Below are positions 24,070 to 36,700 of a stretch of DNA of 64,000 nt, one piece after another. Numbering within the stretch: the first letter of the stretch is position 1; each line of letters starts with the position of its first letter. This stretch comes from Mobula hypostoma. Its lineage: Eukaryota. Made by a program: the position numbers and the translations under genes. The stretch covers positions 22,010,001 to 22,074,000 of the forward strand of contig NC_086106.1 in the NCBI RefSeq assembly GCF_963921235.1. Reading direction: 5' to 3'. The notes beneath the pieces were generated by a model that worked only from the letters and a program-made list of their open reading frames with translations, was not told the DNA's origin and searched no databases.

Positions 24070-27000
24070 TGTAACGCACATCTATATTGGCTCGTGTATG
24101 TCTAGGGGAAATCCCGCCCAACACCTGCCTGAACGCTTCCCACGGAGTTGGTTGCTGTACCGCTGCCGACCGAATCAATCCCAAACATCAATCATGAGCC
24201 AGCACACACAGTACGTTTTAACAAATACACTTTATAGATATTACTAAGTCTGTGAAAATAATGAAATTCGATACAGAAAAGGAAGTAATGGGGAAAATAA
24301 AAAACGCCAGACTTATCAAAGTCCAAGTTCTTCGTGCACCAGTTCGAGCTCAGAAATTCCTGACGACCACCCAGATCCTGTCGACTGACTGCTCAGGAAC
24401 ACCCGGAGTGATCGACCGGAGCTTTTTCGCCCGTCCGTGGTCCTCTCCGACTCTCCGCCAAAAAACCCCGTTCCCAATCATATGAGACAGCATTATCAGC
24501 CGAAAAAAGAACATGACAGAATGATCACCCATTGGCTAATAGCACCCTGCTCTCTGTATTAACCCAAGCAAATGTCTAGCTAGAGACTTTCTCAGCATTT
24601 AGCATAACATAGAAGCCATTTTAATCCACATACGCAGAAATTTAAAAGATTAACATAACAAAGAAGTCATTTTAAATTTAATATACAAAAAGAAAGAGAC
24701 CCCATACACTCTCCGCCCCACCAAATAAAAGTGATGCCCTCATGACGTTAACAGGGTTCACCAGTGCTCCCTGCAAAACACAAAACACAACCCAGATGCA
24801 TAAAGCAGTGACATAACTTCCCAGGACTGTAGCGATCACACCTTGTTTTGCCGGCGCTGTACAAGTCAACCTCTCCGAGGCGGGGGACTACTCCTCTGAG
24901 ACCTCTGTACTTCCTCTGCTGCCTCTTCCGGTTCAGACACCCCAGGGGACACCCCGGGCCTACCTGTCGGACCCTGACCCTCACGGCGAACCCTCAGCAC
25001 CTGTGAGCCCTCTGTCTCAGGTTCTGGCTCCACCCTCTCCTCTCCCAATCCCTGGTGTATTACATGCGGCTCTGCAACACCCTCCCTCCTCTCCTAACGC
25101 AGTGAAGGAAGGGCCAGGAGCCTCTTCTCCCGGCACCGGGGAATCATCGAACGGAAACAGGTAGCACACGTCCGAATCATCGTCTTCCCATGACGTATCT
25201 ATTTTCGGGGTGGGGACCGGCCCCGTCTCTTTCGCACTGGGCTCCTTCCGCTTCCCGCGCCCTCGCAGAGTCCTCGTAATAGGAGTAAACTCCCATTCCG
25301 GCTCTGGGTCCACCTTTACCTTTCGACCCAGAGGCAACAGGTGGTTCAGATGGAGTACCTTGACAGGCCCCATCCCGCCCTCTGGTCTCACCCGGTAACC
25401 AGGGAGATTTGGCAGCTGACTCTCCACCACATAGTGGGTGGCTGCCCAACGGTCCGCCTACTTGTGCTTACCCGGTAGTCCTAAATTCCGGATAAGGACT
25501 CCGTCTCCCGGCAATAGCTGGACGAACTTTACTTTCTGATAATACCTCTTCTTATTCCGCTGTTTCTGCTTGGTGGCCGCCGCCTCAGCCAACTCGTACG
25601 CCCTTTTCAACTGTCTCCTCATATTGGACACTTACTTCAGACATGGCTTCGAAGGTATTTAACCAGCTTCAGTCCCAAAATTCAGATCAATGGGCAACCT
25701 CGCTTCCCGTCCGAGCATTAGATAATAGGGCGAGTACCCCGTAGCGTCATTGCCAGTGCAATCGGAAGAGTGAACCAAATGGCCAATGTGCCGACTGTAC
25801 TTACTCTTCTCTGCGATCTCCAAAGTGCCGAGCAGGTCCAGCAGCGTCCGGCTAAACCTCTCGGGCTGAGGATCACCCTGCGGGTGAAAGGGGCTGTTTC
25901 TGGATTTCTCAACCCCAAGCATACCGAGTAATTCATGGATAAGCCTGGTCTCGAAGCCCCGTCCCTGATCACTATGGATCCGCCGGAGAAGGCCATAATG
26001 CGCAACGTACAAAGTACTCTCCCACAACACCTTAGCCGCTGTAGTCGCCTTCTGGTCCTTAGTAGGAAAGGGATGCGCATATCTAGCGTAGTGCTCCGTG
26101 ATGACAAAGACATTGGTGGTGTTGTTGGTGTCTGGCTCAATAGACAGGAAATCCAGACACACCATGTCCATGGGTCCCGCACTCTGCAAGTGGGACAAAT
26201 GGCCCGCCTGCGCAGGCAACGTCTTCCTCCTGAGGCAACGACTACAGGTCATGCAGTATTCTTCAACCCGCCCCCCCCCCCCCACCCCATCCGTGGCCAG
26301 TAAAACTGGCCCTTGAGTAATCCATAAGTCTTTTCTACCGCTACGTGCCCGGAATCATCATGTAGTGCCTGGAGCTGAGTCGTCCGATACTTCTCAGACA
26401 TGGCCAGTTTCCAGCGCCGTGGGTCGTCAAGCGGCAACGTGGTTCTTCAGCTTCAACCGAGACCACTCGTTCAGTAGTAGGGGAACGGAGGCATATTTCG
26501 CCTCTCCACCTGGGCCATATCCCCCTGTCTAACCGCGTACCAGATAGTAGCAATGCTCCGGTCATCACGCTGAGCAGTCCCCACTTCCTGGGGGCTCAAC
26601 TCCGGCAGCTGCCTGTTCCTCACTGCAGTTAAATTACAGTAAACAGTGGGTATCGCGTCATCGTCTACCCCAATTGATCCACTACCCGATCCGTCCCCAT
26701 CGGGGCTTCTGCTTCTCCGTCGCTCTCAACTTGACACCTGGCCTTTACTCCCGGGGCAGGGTCACTCTTCCACTCCTCAGCCGTGCCCGACTCGTCATGC
26801 ACCCGACGAGATCGAGAATCTGCATCGATGTTCCGACTCTCCGGCCGGTACTCAGGCTGAACTCACAGGCAGACAAGGCCGCTAATCACCGGTGCCCTGT
26901 AGCGTCCAGCTTTGCCGCGGTCACGATATAAGTGAGGGGGTTGTTGTCAGTTCTCACCTCAAACTGGGCCCCGTATAGATAGTCACTCAACTTGTCCACC

Positions 27001-27320
27001 ACCACCCATTTGAACGCCAAGAACTCCAGCTTGTGAGTGGGATAGATAGCGACAAGCTCCGGCTGACAAACACAACCGGCCTCAATCCGTTGCCCTGTGC
27101 CTGGTACAGCCCCCAGACCCTCGTGACTGCCATCAGTGTGCAGAACATATGGCTTCTGGGGATCAGCAAAAGCCAACACAGTGGCCTGTGTCAGCGCCCT
27201 TTTTAGAGATTGGAACGCCTCTTCACATTGAGCATCCCACCTCGTTTCAAAGGCTCCCACGGGTTCAAATATCATCCTGCCTCCGGCCTTCTGTCGCACT
27301 TCCTTTTCTTCCCCACAGGC
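24070..27320 (-). mobile_element. Gypsy LTR retrotransposon 3' half: RT end, RNase H, integrase and 3' LTR
   Basis: WDAQCEEAFQSLKRALTQATVLAFADPQKPYVLHTDGSHEGLGAV (26886-27299). Integrase GPMDMVCLDFLSIEPD...RRIHSDQGRGFE (25659-26285). Putative LTR 24863-24070 (minus-strand TGTACA...TTACA) preceded by a purine-rich tract. Confidence 0.85.
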
Positions 27321-28871
27321 GAATAATCACACAACAGCTGGTTCAATGGGCGACTGATTTTCGCATATCTTTTCATGAATCGCCGGTAATACCCACAAAA
27401 CTCAAAAAAAACGAGCATAAGGCGCTCACCTTCTGGGGTAAATATGTATTTATCAATAAACGGGGAATATTGTATTCCTAAACTGTGCGGAGAAGTGAAT
27501 ATGCTACTTTGCTATGTAAGTCTAGAGCAGAGAAGGTATTTTCAATCCGTGTTTTTGTGAATCTATAACTAAGATATATAAATTAAGGCAAATGGACCAA
27601 TAGTTGACGAAAAAATGTCAAGGGTTCCTTTCTGGGAGGAAACTCAAGTTTGTGCATTTAATTTTCTGCTCAGTAAATATAGTCGTCCGTATCATATTAT
27701 TAGTGGACCTGTGGAGGCAAAAGATATGAAACTTAAGGAAGGATATATGGTAAGATTCAGGTCTCAACTCAGTCAATATAAGATCAGTTTTCTGATTAGA
27801 CTAGTCTGACTGAACACTGTTCTTTTAACATGACTTTCGCGCAAGTGCAAGAGAAAGAATATATCTAGAAACGTTTATATCATTCATTATTTCGTTAATC
27901 TCTTTAAGTACACGTCAGTGCATGAAACCTCAGTAAAATGCAAGTACATAAACATTAGTTGAGACATATACATAAGTATGTTTAAGCGTACATCAGCATT
28001 AGGGTTACAGAAATGCAAACATTCTCACTTTAAACTTTCATTAATACAACAGACCATCATGTCCCTTTACTCTTATTATAGCATACACACAACCAAAATT
28101 ACCACACCTGTTGAATATTAACAGACAAATTTCAGAGCGGACATGTTTGGAAGTATGTGCACAAGGACACCAGTCTGTTGCACAAGTCCACGTACAGATA
28201 CACGTCGGTGAATAAATATAGAAACATGCATCCCTATGAAAAAAATATCAATATTCACATTAGCCTACACTGAAAGAAAATGCTTCATCGCAATTCCCGA
28301 CGGATGGATTTCGGACTGAGTCTTACAGCAGATACACACACATTTGATAATATACACAACATTTCACTAACTTATATTCAGCAAAAGCATTATCCAAATA
28401 GCACTATTTTACAAATTCCCCCTAATATCTACTTTAAATCGTAATGTTTTTTTTTCAAACTTAATTCGCTCTCTATTTCTGTACATCATATTGCGTCAAC
28501 GACTTCTCAGGTGTGAATTTTGAAAATTAATATTATCAAACGTAATAAACCAATGATCTATTGCGCACAACAACTTTCATATAACTCTCAGAAATAAAAC
28601 GTGTTAAGTCTTACACACAATGTTATACAAATAGGACTGTTCAAGAATAAGAACTTTATAAATTTAACAACTCATTCATTTTCTGTGCAATTCAGACATC
28701 AACTTCGAATTGTTTCAGCAACTAGTGTAAATGATTACATTGATACTGACATTTCATGGGAAATTAATTATGTAAATACAACTATATCGTGTATAAAATG
28801 AGCAAAATAAGAAATAAATAACATCCTGCAGTGACAACAACGTGAATATATGTCATTTCTGCTCTCGGTAG

Positions 28872-28999
28872 ATTTTGCTGAAGACATGCGGATTGAAGAC
28901 GATGGGGAAGACATAGACAACTTATGGACAATTGCCTCCACATTCATCATCCTGTTCTTCCTGAGTATTTCCTACAGCGCTGTCCTAACGTTAGTGAAG
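28872..28999 (+). CDS. IGH: Immunoglobulin heavy-chain transmembrane exon TM1 (isotype IgM/IgW/IgNAR unresolved)
   Basis: Acceptor tttctgctctcggtag then a phase-1 exon: (D)FAEDMRIEDDGEDIDNLWTIASTFIILFFLSISYSAVLTLVK, then donor gtgaga. It has an acidic spacer and the CART-type motif W..ASTFI.LF.LS..YS...TL.K of membrane Ig. 128 nt, no stops. Confidence 0.95.
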
Positions 29000-29138
29000 G
29001 TGAGAACATTTAGTTCACTTATCTTTCACGGCATTTGGAGATGATGACTAAATGTTCATGACGTTAACTTCTTGCGGGGGCTGAAATCTCACAACCATTA
29101 CTTCATTTGTATTTTCTCTATTTCTCTTGTTTTCACAG

Positions 29139-29147
29139 GTGAAGTGA
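29139..29147 (+). CDS. IGH: Immunoglobulin heavy-chain TM2 exon (VK*), giving the cytoplasmic tail KVK
   Basis: Strong acceptor tttctctatttctcttgttttcacag then GTG AAG TGA, after a 139-nt intron from TM1. This is the canonical M1/M2 organisation. Confidence 0.93.
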   Translation: MK

Positions 29148-29426
29148 TAGTATGAACATAGGAAACAGTGGATTTTTCTTACTGAAGTAATCACACCTGA
29201 GTTAACATGCAAGAATGTGCCACCTTTTGAAGCTAGAAAAGCCATGGACTGATTTTCTGTTTTAAAGCTGGAACGTTCATCACTGCACATTTACAGTTAT
29301 TCCTTAAAGCTTTTTAACATGCACACATACGTCGAATCTTTCCATGATTGATGTCACATGATCGTTTTCTTTTAACTTTTTTAATCACGAGTCTCTTCCT
29401 GTTTTCTGGCATCCAGTGCACTTGTG

Positions 29427-29466
29427 CAACAACAACAACAACAACAAATAATAATAATAATAATAA
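29427..29466. repeat. Compound microsatellite (AAC)n(AAT)n downstream of IgH TM2
   Basis: Directly visible. Confidence 0.9.
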
Positions 29467-30776
29467 TTTTCCGAAGCAGCATCTTGGATTGGTCCATTCC
29501 TTTCGCCTTCGAGGAATAACACTCAATAATCACAATTCGTTCTCAACATATTGTTTTAATTTTCGCCAAAATATAGAGAAGTATCATAGTAGTCAGTTCG
29601 TTGGCACTAACTCCGGCTGTATAGCAAAGTGGAGATGCGAGAGGAAGCAAGACTAACGGCATTAGACGATTCATTGGTTCTTAGATTAGATTCCATGAAC
29701 GGTCGCGAAACTCCAGAATGATATGTTGCTCTCAGGGCTAAAGGTCGGGGATATATTGGATCGATGACACTGCATTCTTGAGGCGTGTGGGATGAGACGG
29801 ACAGCATGGTATGCATCAGTAGAAACGGCATTACTTGGATAACGAATGCTGTTTTGAATTGAGAATGCAGTTAACGAGAAAGGAAGTAAGCACAGGATCT
29901 CGTGGGTAGTAATCTCCTCATTGAAATTTGTGGCATGCCCCGGTAATGGTAAGGATATAATTATAATGCAGGTAAATGTATTGCTGACCCTTTGGTTCAG
30001 GGCCCAGTGTATCAGATTTGTGGATCAGAATGTATGGCCAGAAATGTTGATGCTGTCGAAAGTAGTGAAGGGACATGAGATTTACCGTTGTGCGAAAAAG
30101 TCGGGTACTTGAAGATAACAACCTATACACTCAAGCTAGTCTCATACGGCATGCTCCCTAATCTGGGCAACATCTTTGTAAATCTCCTCTGCACCATTTC
30201 TATCGTTTCCATATCCTTCCTGTAATGAGACAACCAGAACTGCCAAAAACCTCCTTGTGGCCTCCGGGATAAGGAGGAGCAGATAAGCAGCCAAATTTTG
30301 GGAATTTGCGAAAATAGCATGGTTGATGACATTGGGACTGCAATTTCTCTACTAATTATGTTGGGTCCTCAATATCCCTAATAATTATTGACAGTTCCTT
30401 AGCACAAAAGCTGCAGATGTGGCTGATACAATGAGGGATACCCATGCTGTCGGTGACGTAGAAGATATTAATGTTATTTCCGGTTTGCTAAGCTTGCTTT
30501 CTCAATAGCAGCTGTCATTGGAAAGGGCACCAGCAGTTGTAAGTGATTTCGAGCAATATTGCTTTATTTAACATAGGGGTTTAAACAGAAGTCCGTCTTC
30601 AGTTTTTTTTTAATGTAGATAGACACATTGGCATGCAAAAGTGCGTATATATATATATAAAACAAAGACACAGACAATCAAGTTTGGAAACATCTTTTGG
30701 AAATATAGATCTTTGCGATATAATAATATTGCTGTCAAGCTAACTTTGTTGAGTACAGACACTATTCCACTGCATA

Positions 30777-33700
30777 CAATGGCATGCAAAGGTTTGGGCA
30801 CCACTGGTCAAAATTTCTGCTCCTGTGAATAGACAAGCAAGTGAAAGATGAAAACAACAGGAATTCTGCAGATGCTGGAAATTCAAGCAACATACATCAA
30901 AGTTGCTGGTGAACGCAGCAGGACAAGCAACATCTATAGGAAGAGGCGCAGTCGACGTTTCAGGCCGAGACCCTTCGTCAGGACTAACTGAAGGAAGAGT
31001 GAGTAAGGGATTTGAAAGCTGGAGGGGGATGGGGAGATGCAAAATGATAGGAGAAGACAGGAGGGGGAGGGATGGAGCCGAGAGCTGTACAGGTGATAGG
31101 CAAAAAGGGATACGAGAGGATCATGGGACAGGAGGTCCGGGAAGAAAGACGGGGTGGGGGGTGACCCAGAGGATGGGCAAGAGGTATATTCAGAGGGACA
31201 GAGGGAGAAAAAGGAGAGTGAGAGAAAGAATGTGTGCATAAAAATGAGTAACAGCTGGGGTACGAGGGGGAGGTGGGGCCTAGCGGAAGTTAGAGAAGTC
31301 AATGTTCATGCCATCAGGTTGGAGGCTACCCAGACGGAATATAAGGTGTTGTTCCTCCAACCTGAGTGTGGCTTCATCTTTACAGTAGAGGAGGCCGTGG
31401 TTAGACATGTCAGAATGGGAATGGGATGTGGAATTAAAATGTGTGGCCACTGGGAGATCCTGCTTTCTCTGGCGGACAGAGCGTAGATGTTCAGCAAAGC
31501 GGTCTCCCAGTCTGCGTCGGGTCTCACCAATATATAAAAGGCCACATCGGGAGCACCGGACGCAGTATATCACCCCAGTCGACTCACAGGTGAAGTGATG
31601 CCTCACCTGGAAGGACTGTTTGGGGCCCTGAATGGTGGTAAGGGAGGAAGTGTAAGGGCATGTGTAGCACTTGTTCCGCTTACACGGATAAGTGCCAGGA
31701 GGGAGATCAGTGGGGAGGGATGGGGGGGGGGGACGAATGGACAAGGGAGTTGTGTAGGGAGCGATCCCTGCGGAATGCAGAGAGAGGGGGGAGGGAAAGA
31801 TGTGCTTAGTGGTGAGATCCCGTTGGAGGTGGCGGAAGTTACGGAGAATAATATGTTGGACCCGGAGGCTGGTGGGGTGGTAGGTGAGGACTAGGGGAAC
31901 CCTATTCCTAATGGGGTGGTGGGAGGATGGAGTGAGAGCAGATGTACGTGAAATGGAGGAGATGCGTTTAAGAGCAGAGTTGATAGTGGAGGAAGGGAAG
32001 CCCCTTTCTTTAAAAAATGAAGACATCTCCCTCGTCCTAGAATGAAAAGCCTCATCCTGAGAGCAGATGCGGCGGAGACGGAGGAATTGCGAGAAGGGGA
32101 TGGCGTTTTTGCAAGAGACAGGGTGAGAAGAGGAATAGTCCAGATAGCTGTGAGAGTCAGTAGGCTTATAGTAGATATCAGTGGATAAGCTGTCTCCAGA
32201 GACAGAGACAGAAAGATCTAGAAAGGGGAGGGAGGTGTCGGAAATAGACCAGGTAAACTTGAGGGCAGGGTGAAAGTTGGAGGCAAAGTTAATAAAGTGA
32301 ACGAGTTCTGCATGCGTGCAGGAAACAGCGCCAATGCAGTCGTCGATATAGCGAAGGAAAAGTGGGGGACAGATACCAGAATAGGCACGGAACATAGATT
32401 GTTCCACAAACCCAACAAAAAGTCAGGCATAGCTAGGACCCACCCGTATGCCCCAAACAGTCCTTCCAGGTGAGACATCACTTCACCTGTGAGTCGACTG
32501 GGGTGATATACTGCGTCCGGTGCTCCCGATGTGGCCTTTTATATATTGGTGAGACCCGACGCAGACTGGGAGACCGCTTTGCTGAACATCTACGCTCTGT
32601 CCGCCAGAGAAAGCAGGATCTCCCAGTGGCCACACATTTTAATTCCACATCCCATTCCAATTCTGACATGTCTATCCACGGCCTCCTCTACTGTAAAGAT
32701 GAAGCCACACTCAGGTTGGAGGAACAACACCTTATATTCCGTCTGAGTAGCCTCCAACCTGATGGCATGAACATTGACTTCTGTAACTTCCGCTAGGCCC
32801 CACCTCCCCCTCGTACCCCAGCTGTTACTCATTTTTATGCACACACTCCTTCTCTCACTCTCCTTTTTCTCCCTCTGTCCCTCTGAATATACCTCTTGCC
32901 CATCCTCTGGGTCACCCCGCCCCCCGTCTTTCTCCCTAGGCCTCCTGTCCCATGATCCTCTCGTATCCCCTTTTGCCTATCACCTGTCCAGCTCTCGGCT
33001 CTATCCCTCCCCCTCCTGTCTTCTCCTATCATTTTGCATCTCCCCCTCTCCCTCCAGCTTTCAAATCCCTTACTCACTCTTCCTTCAGTTAGTCCTGACG
33101 AAGGGTCTCGGCCTGAAACGTCGACTGCGCCTCTTCCTATAGATGTTACTTGTCCTGCTGCGTTCACCAGCAACTTTGATGCATGTTGCTTGAATTTCCA
33201 GCATCTGCAGAATTCCCGTTGTTAGCGTTTAAATTCACTACTGCGAAGCCTCTTCCGGTGATGCCTACACCGAAGAAGTTTAGATCCTCTCTTCGACGGG
33301 AGTTCACTGAAACCATCTCTCACTGCTCCCCATCTGTAATTTCTTCGGCTCTTCAATTTTCGACCACATTTTGACTCAGACTCGCTATCACAGCCATGTA
33401 TCCTTTCTTGGAACGTGCCTCCGTCGCCAACTTACTCCAGTTGGCTTTAGGATTCGTTTCCAAGCCTCTCAATTTGGACCTTCTGAGGATCCCAGGTACT
33501 CACATTTTATTGACTCTGCCTCTCGCCGCTTCTCCCGTCAAGCTCTGAAGGCGACGCTGTCCGCCATGAGGAGGTACTTGGTGTCCCTATCCCAGACCCT
33601 TCCACACCTTCGGGGCACTTTCTTCGCCGTCTGTAATGGTCCTACCCGCTATTTCATCCTCCGTCGGATCCACGCCTGCAATCGCCGTTTTTTTGACTTT

Positions 33701-36700
33701 GTCATGTTAGGCAAAGATCGTAAGATCTTACATCTACGGACTCCAGAGCCTGCCGGCCCCGACGCTCGCAGGCATGAACTTTCAATTGCGGCGCCTGCCA
33801 TTGATCTCGGCGGCTCCAACACCTCAGGACATATTCAAAACTCGGACTCCAGCAACGACCATGGACACATTCACAGCGATTACGCAACCACCAACTGCGA
33901 CTCCAGCCTTGAACTCCAGGCCGGGTCTTTATGTGCTGCTGTTGTGACTCCCGTCTCCCCTTCCCCCACCACTACTCCGCAGCCCCGTCTTCCTCAGATC
34001 CCACCGTCAACTCCTGGGCCCTCAGAGGCTCCATCTTCCTCTCACCCCAACCCTCCCCTCTCCATTGACACACCCAGTCTCCCCCCTCACCCCTCTGATC
34101 CCAGCTCTCATCCGTGCCGGGTCTTTACCATCCCCTCCGACCTTCAACTGTAGGAGGCAGAACGCTCTGTTCCCAGTAAGGGCCTCACGTTTGTCCCCCT
34201 TCGCCCACACCTCAGCGAGTTCCGTGTTCGCCACGATGCGGAACTTTTCTTCCGCCGTCTCCGTCTCCGAGCCTACTTCTTCGGCAAGGACTCTTCCACC
34301 CCCACCGATGACCCCTTCTCCCGTCTTCAACCCTCCTCTTCTTCATGGACACCCCGCTCTGGTCTTCTGCCTGCTCTGGATCTCTTTATTGCCAACTGCC
34401 GACGGGACATCAACCGTCTCGACTTCACCGCACCTTGTTCCCATTCCAACCTCACTCCTTCGGAACGCTCTGCTCTCCACTCCCTCCGCACTAATCCTAA
34501 CCTTATTATTAAACCCGCTGATAAAGGGGGTGCTGTTGTAGTCTGGCGTACTGACCTCTACCTTGCCGAGGCACAGCGACAACTCGCGGATACCTCCTCT
34601 TATTTACCCCTCGATCGTGACCCCACTAAGGAGCACCAGGCCATTGTCTCCCACACTATCAACGACTTTATCCGCTCAGGGGATCTCCCATCCACTGCTA
34701 CCAACCTTATAGTTCCCACACCCCGCACTTCCCGTTTCTACCTCCTACCCAAGATCCACAAACCTGCCTGTCCTGGCCGACCTATTGTCTCAGCTTGCTC
34801 CTGCCCCACCGAACTCGTTTCTGCATACCTCGACACGGTTTTATCACCCCTTGTTCAATCCCTTCCGACCAATGTTCGTGACACTTCTCACGCTCTTAAA
34901 CTTTTCGATGATTTTAAGTTCCCTGTCCCCACCGCTTTATTTTCACCATGGATGTCCAGTCCTTATATACTTCCATCCCCCATCAGGAAGGTCTCAAAGC
35001 TCTACGCTTCTTTTTGGATTCCAGACCTAATCAGTTCCCCTCTACCACCACTCTGCTCCGTCTAGCGGAATTAGTCCTTACTCTTAATAATTTCTCCTTT
35101 TGCTCCTCCCATTTCCTCCAAACTAAAGGTGTAGTTATGGGCACCCGTATGGGTCCTAGCTATGCCTGCCTTTTTGTTGGGTTTGTGGAACAATCTATGT
35201 TCCGTGCCTATTCTGGTATCTGTCCCCCACTTTTCCTTCGCTATATGGACGACTGCATTGGCGCTGCTTCCTGCACGCATGCAGAACTCGATGACTTTAT
35301 TAACTTTGCCTCCAACTTTCACCCTGACCTCAAGTTTACCTGGTCTATTTCCGACACCTCCCTCCCCTTTCTAGATCTTTCTGTCTCTGTCTCTGGAGAC
35401 AGCTTATCCACTGATATCTACTATAAGCCTACTGACTCTCACAGCTATCTGGACTATTCCTCTTCTCACCCTGTCTCTTGCAAAAACGCCATCCCCTTCT
35501 CGCAATTCCTCCGTCTCCGCCGCATCTGCTCTCAGGATGAGGCTTTTCATTCTAGGACGAGGGAGATGTCTTCATTTTTTAAAGAAAGGGGCTTCCCTTC
35601 CTCCACTATCAACTCTGCTCTTAAACGCATCTCCTCCATTTCACGTACATCTGCTCTCACTCCATCCTCCCACCACCCCACTAGGAATAGGGTTCACCTG
35701 GTCCTCACCTACCACCCCACCAGCCTCCGGGTCCAACATATTATTCTCCGTAACTTCCGCCACCTCCAAAGGGATCCCACCACTAAGCACATCTTTCCCT
35801 CCCCCCCCCCCTCTCTCTGCATTCCGCAGGGATCGCTCCCTACACAACTCCCTTGTCCATTCGTCCCCCCCCCATCCCTCCCCACTGATCTCCCTCCTGG
35901 CACTTATCCGTGTAAGCGGAACAAGTGCTACACATGCCCTTACACTTCCTCCCTTACCACCATTCAGGGCCCCAAACAGTCCTTCCAGGTGAGGCATCAC
36001 TTCACCTGTGAGTCGACTGGGGTGATATACTGCGTCCGGTGCTCCCGATGTGGCCTTTTATATATTGGTGAGACCCGACGCAGACTGGGAGACCGCTTTG
36101 CTGAACATCTACGCTCTGTCCGCCAGAGAAAGCAGGATCTCCCAGTGGCCACACATTTTAATTCCACATCCCATTCCCATTCTGACATGTCTATCCACGG
36201 CCTCCGCTACTGTAAAGATGAAGCCACACTCAGGTTGGAGGAACAACACCTTATATTCCGTCTGGGTAGCCTCCAACCTGATGGCATGAACATTGACTTC
36301 TCTAACTGCCGCTAGGCCCCACCTCCCCCTCGTACCCCAGCTGTTACTCATTTTTATGCACACATTCTTTCTCTCACTCTCCTTTTTCTCCCTCTGTCCC
36401 TCTGAATATACCACTTGCCCATCCTCTGGGTCACCCCCCCCCCGTCTTTCTTCCCGGACCTCCTGTCCCATGATCCTCTCGTATCCCCTTTTGCCTATCA
36501 CCTGTCCAGCTCTCGGCTCTATCCCTCCCCCTCCTGTCTTCTCCTATCATTTTGCATCTTCCCATCCCCCTCCAGCTTTCAAATCCCTTACTCACTCTTC
36601 CTTCAGTTAGTCCTGACGAAGGGTCTCGGCCTGAAACGTCGACTGCGCCTCTTCCTATAGATGCTGCTTGGCCTGCTGCGTTCACCAGCAACTTTGATGT

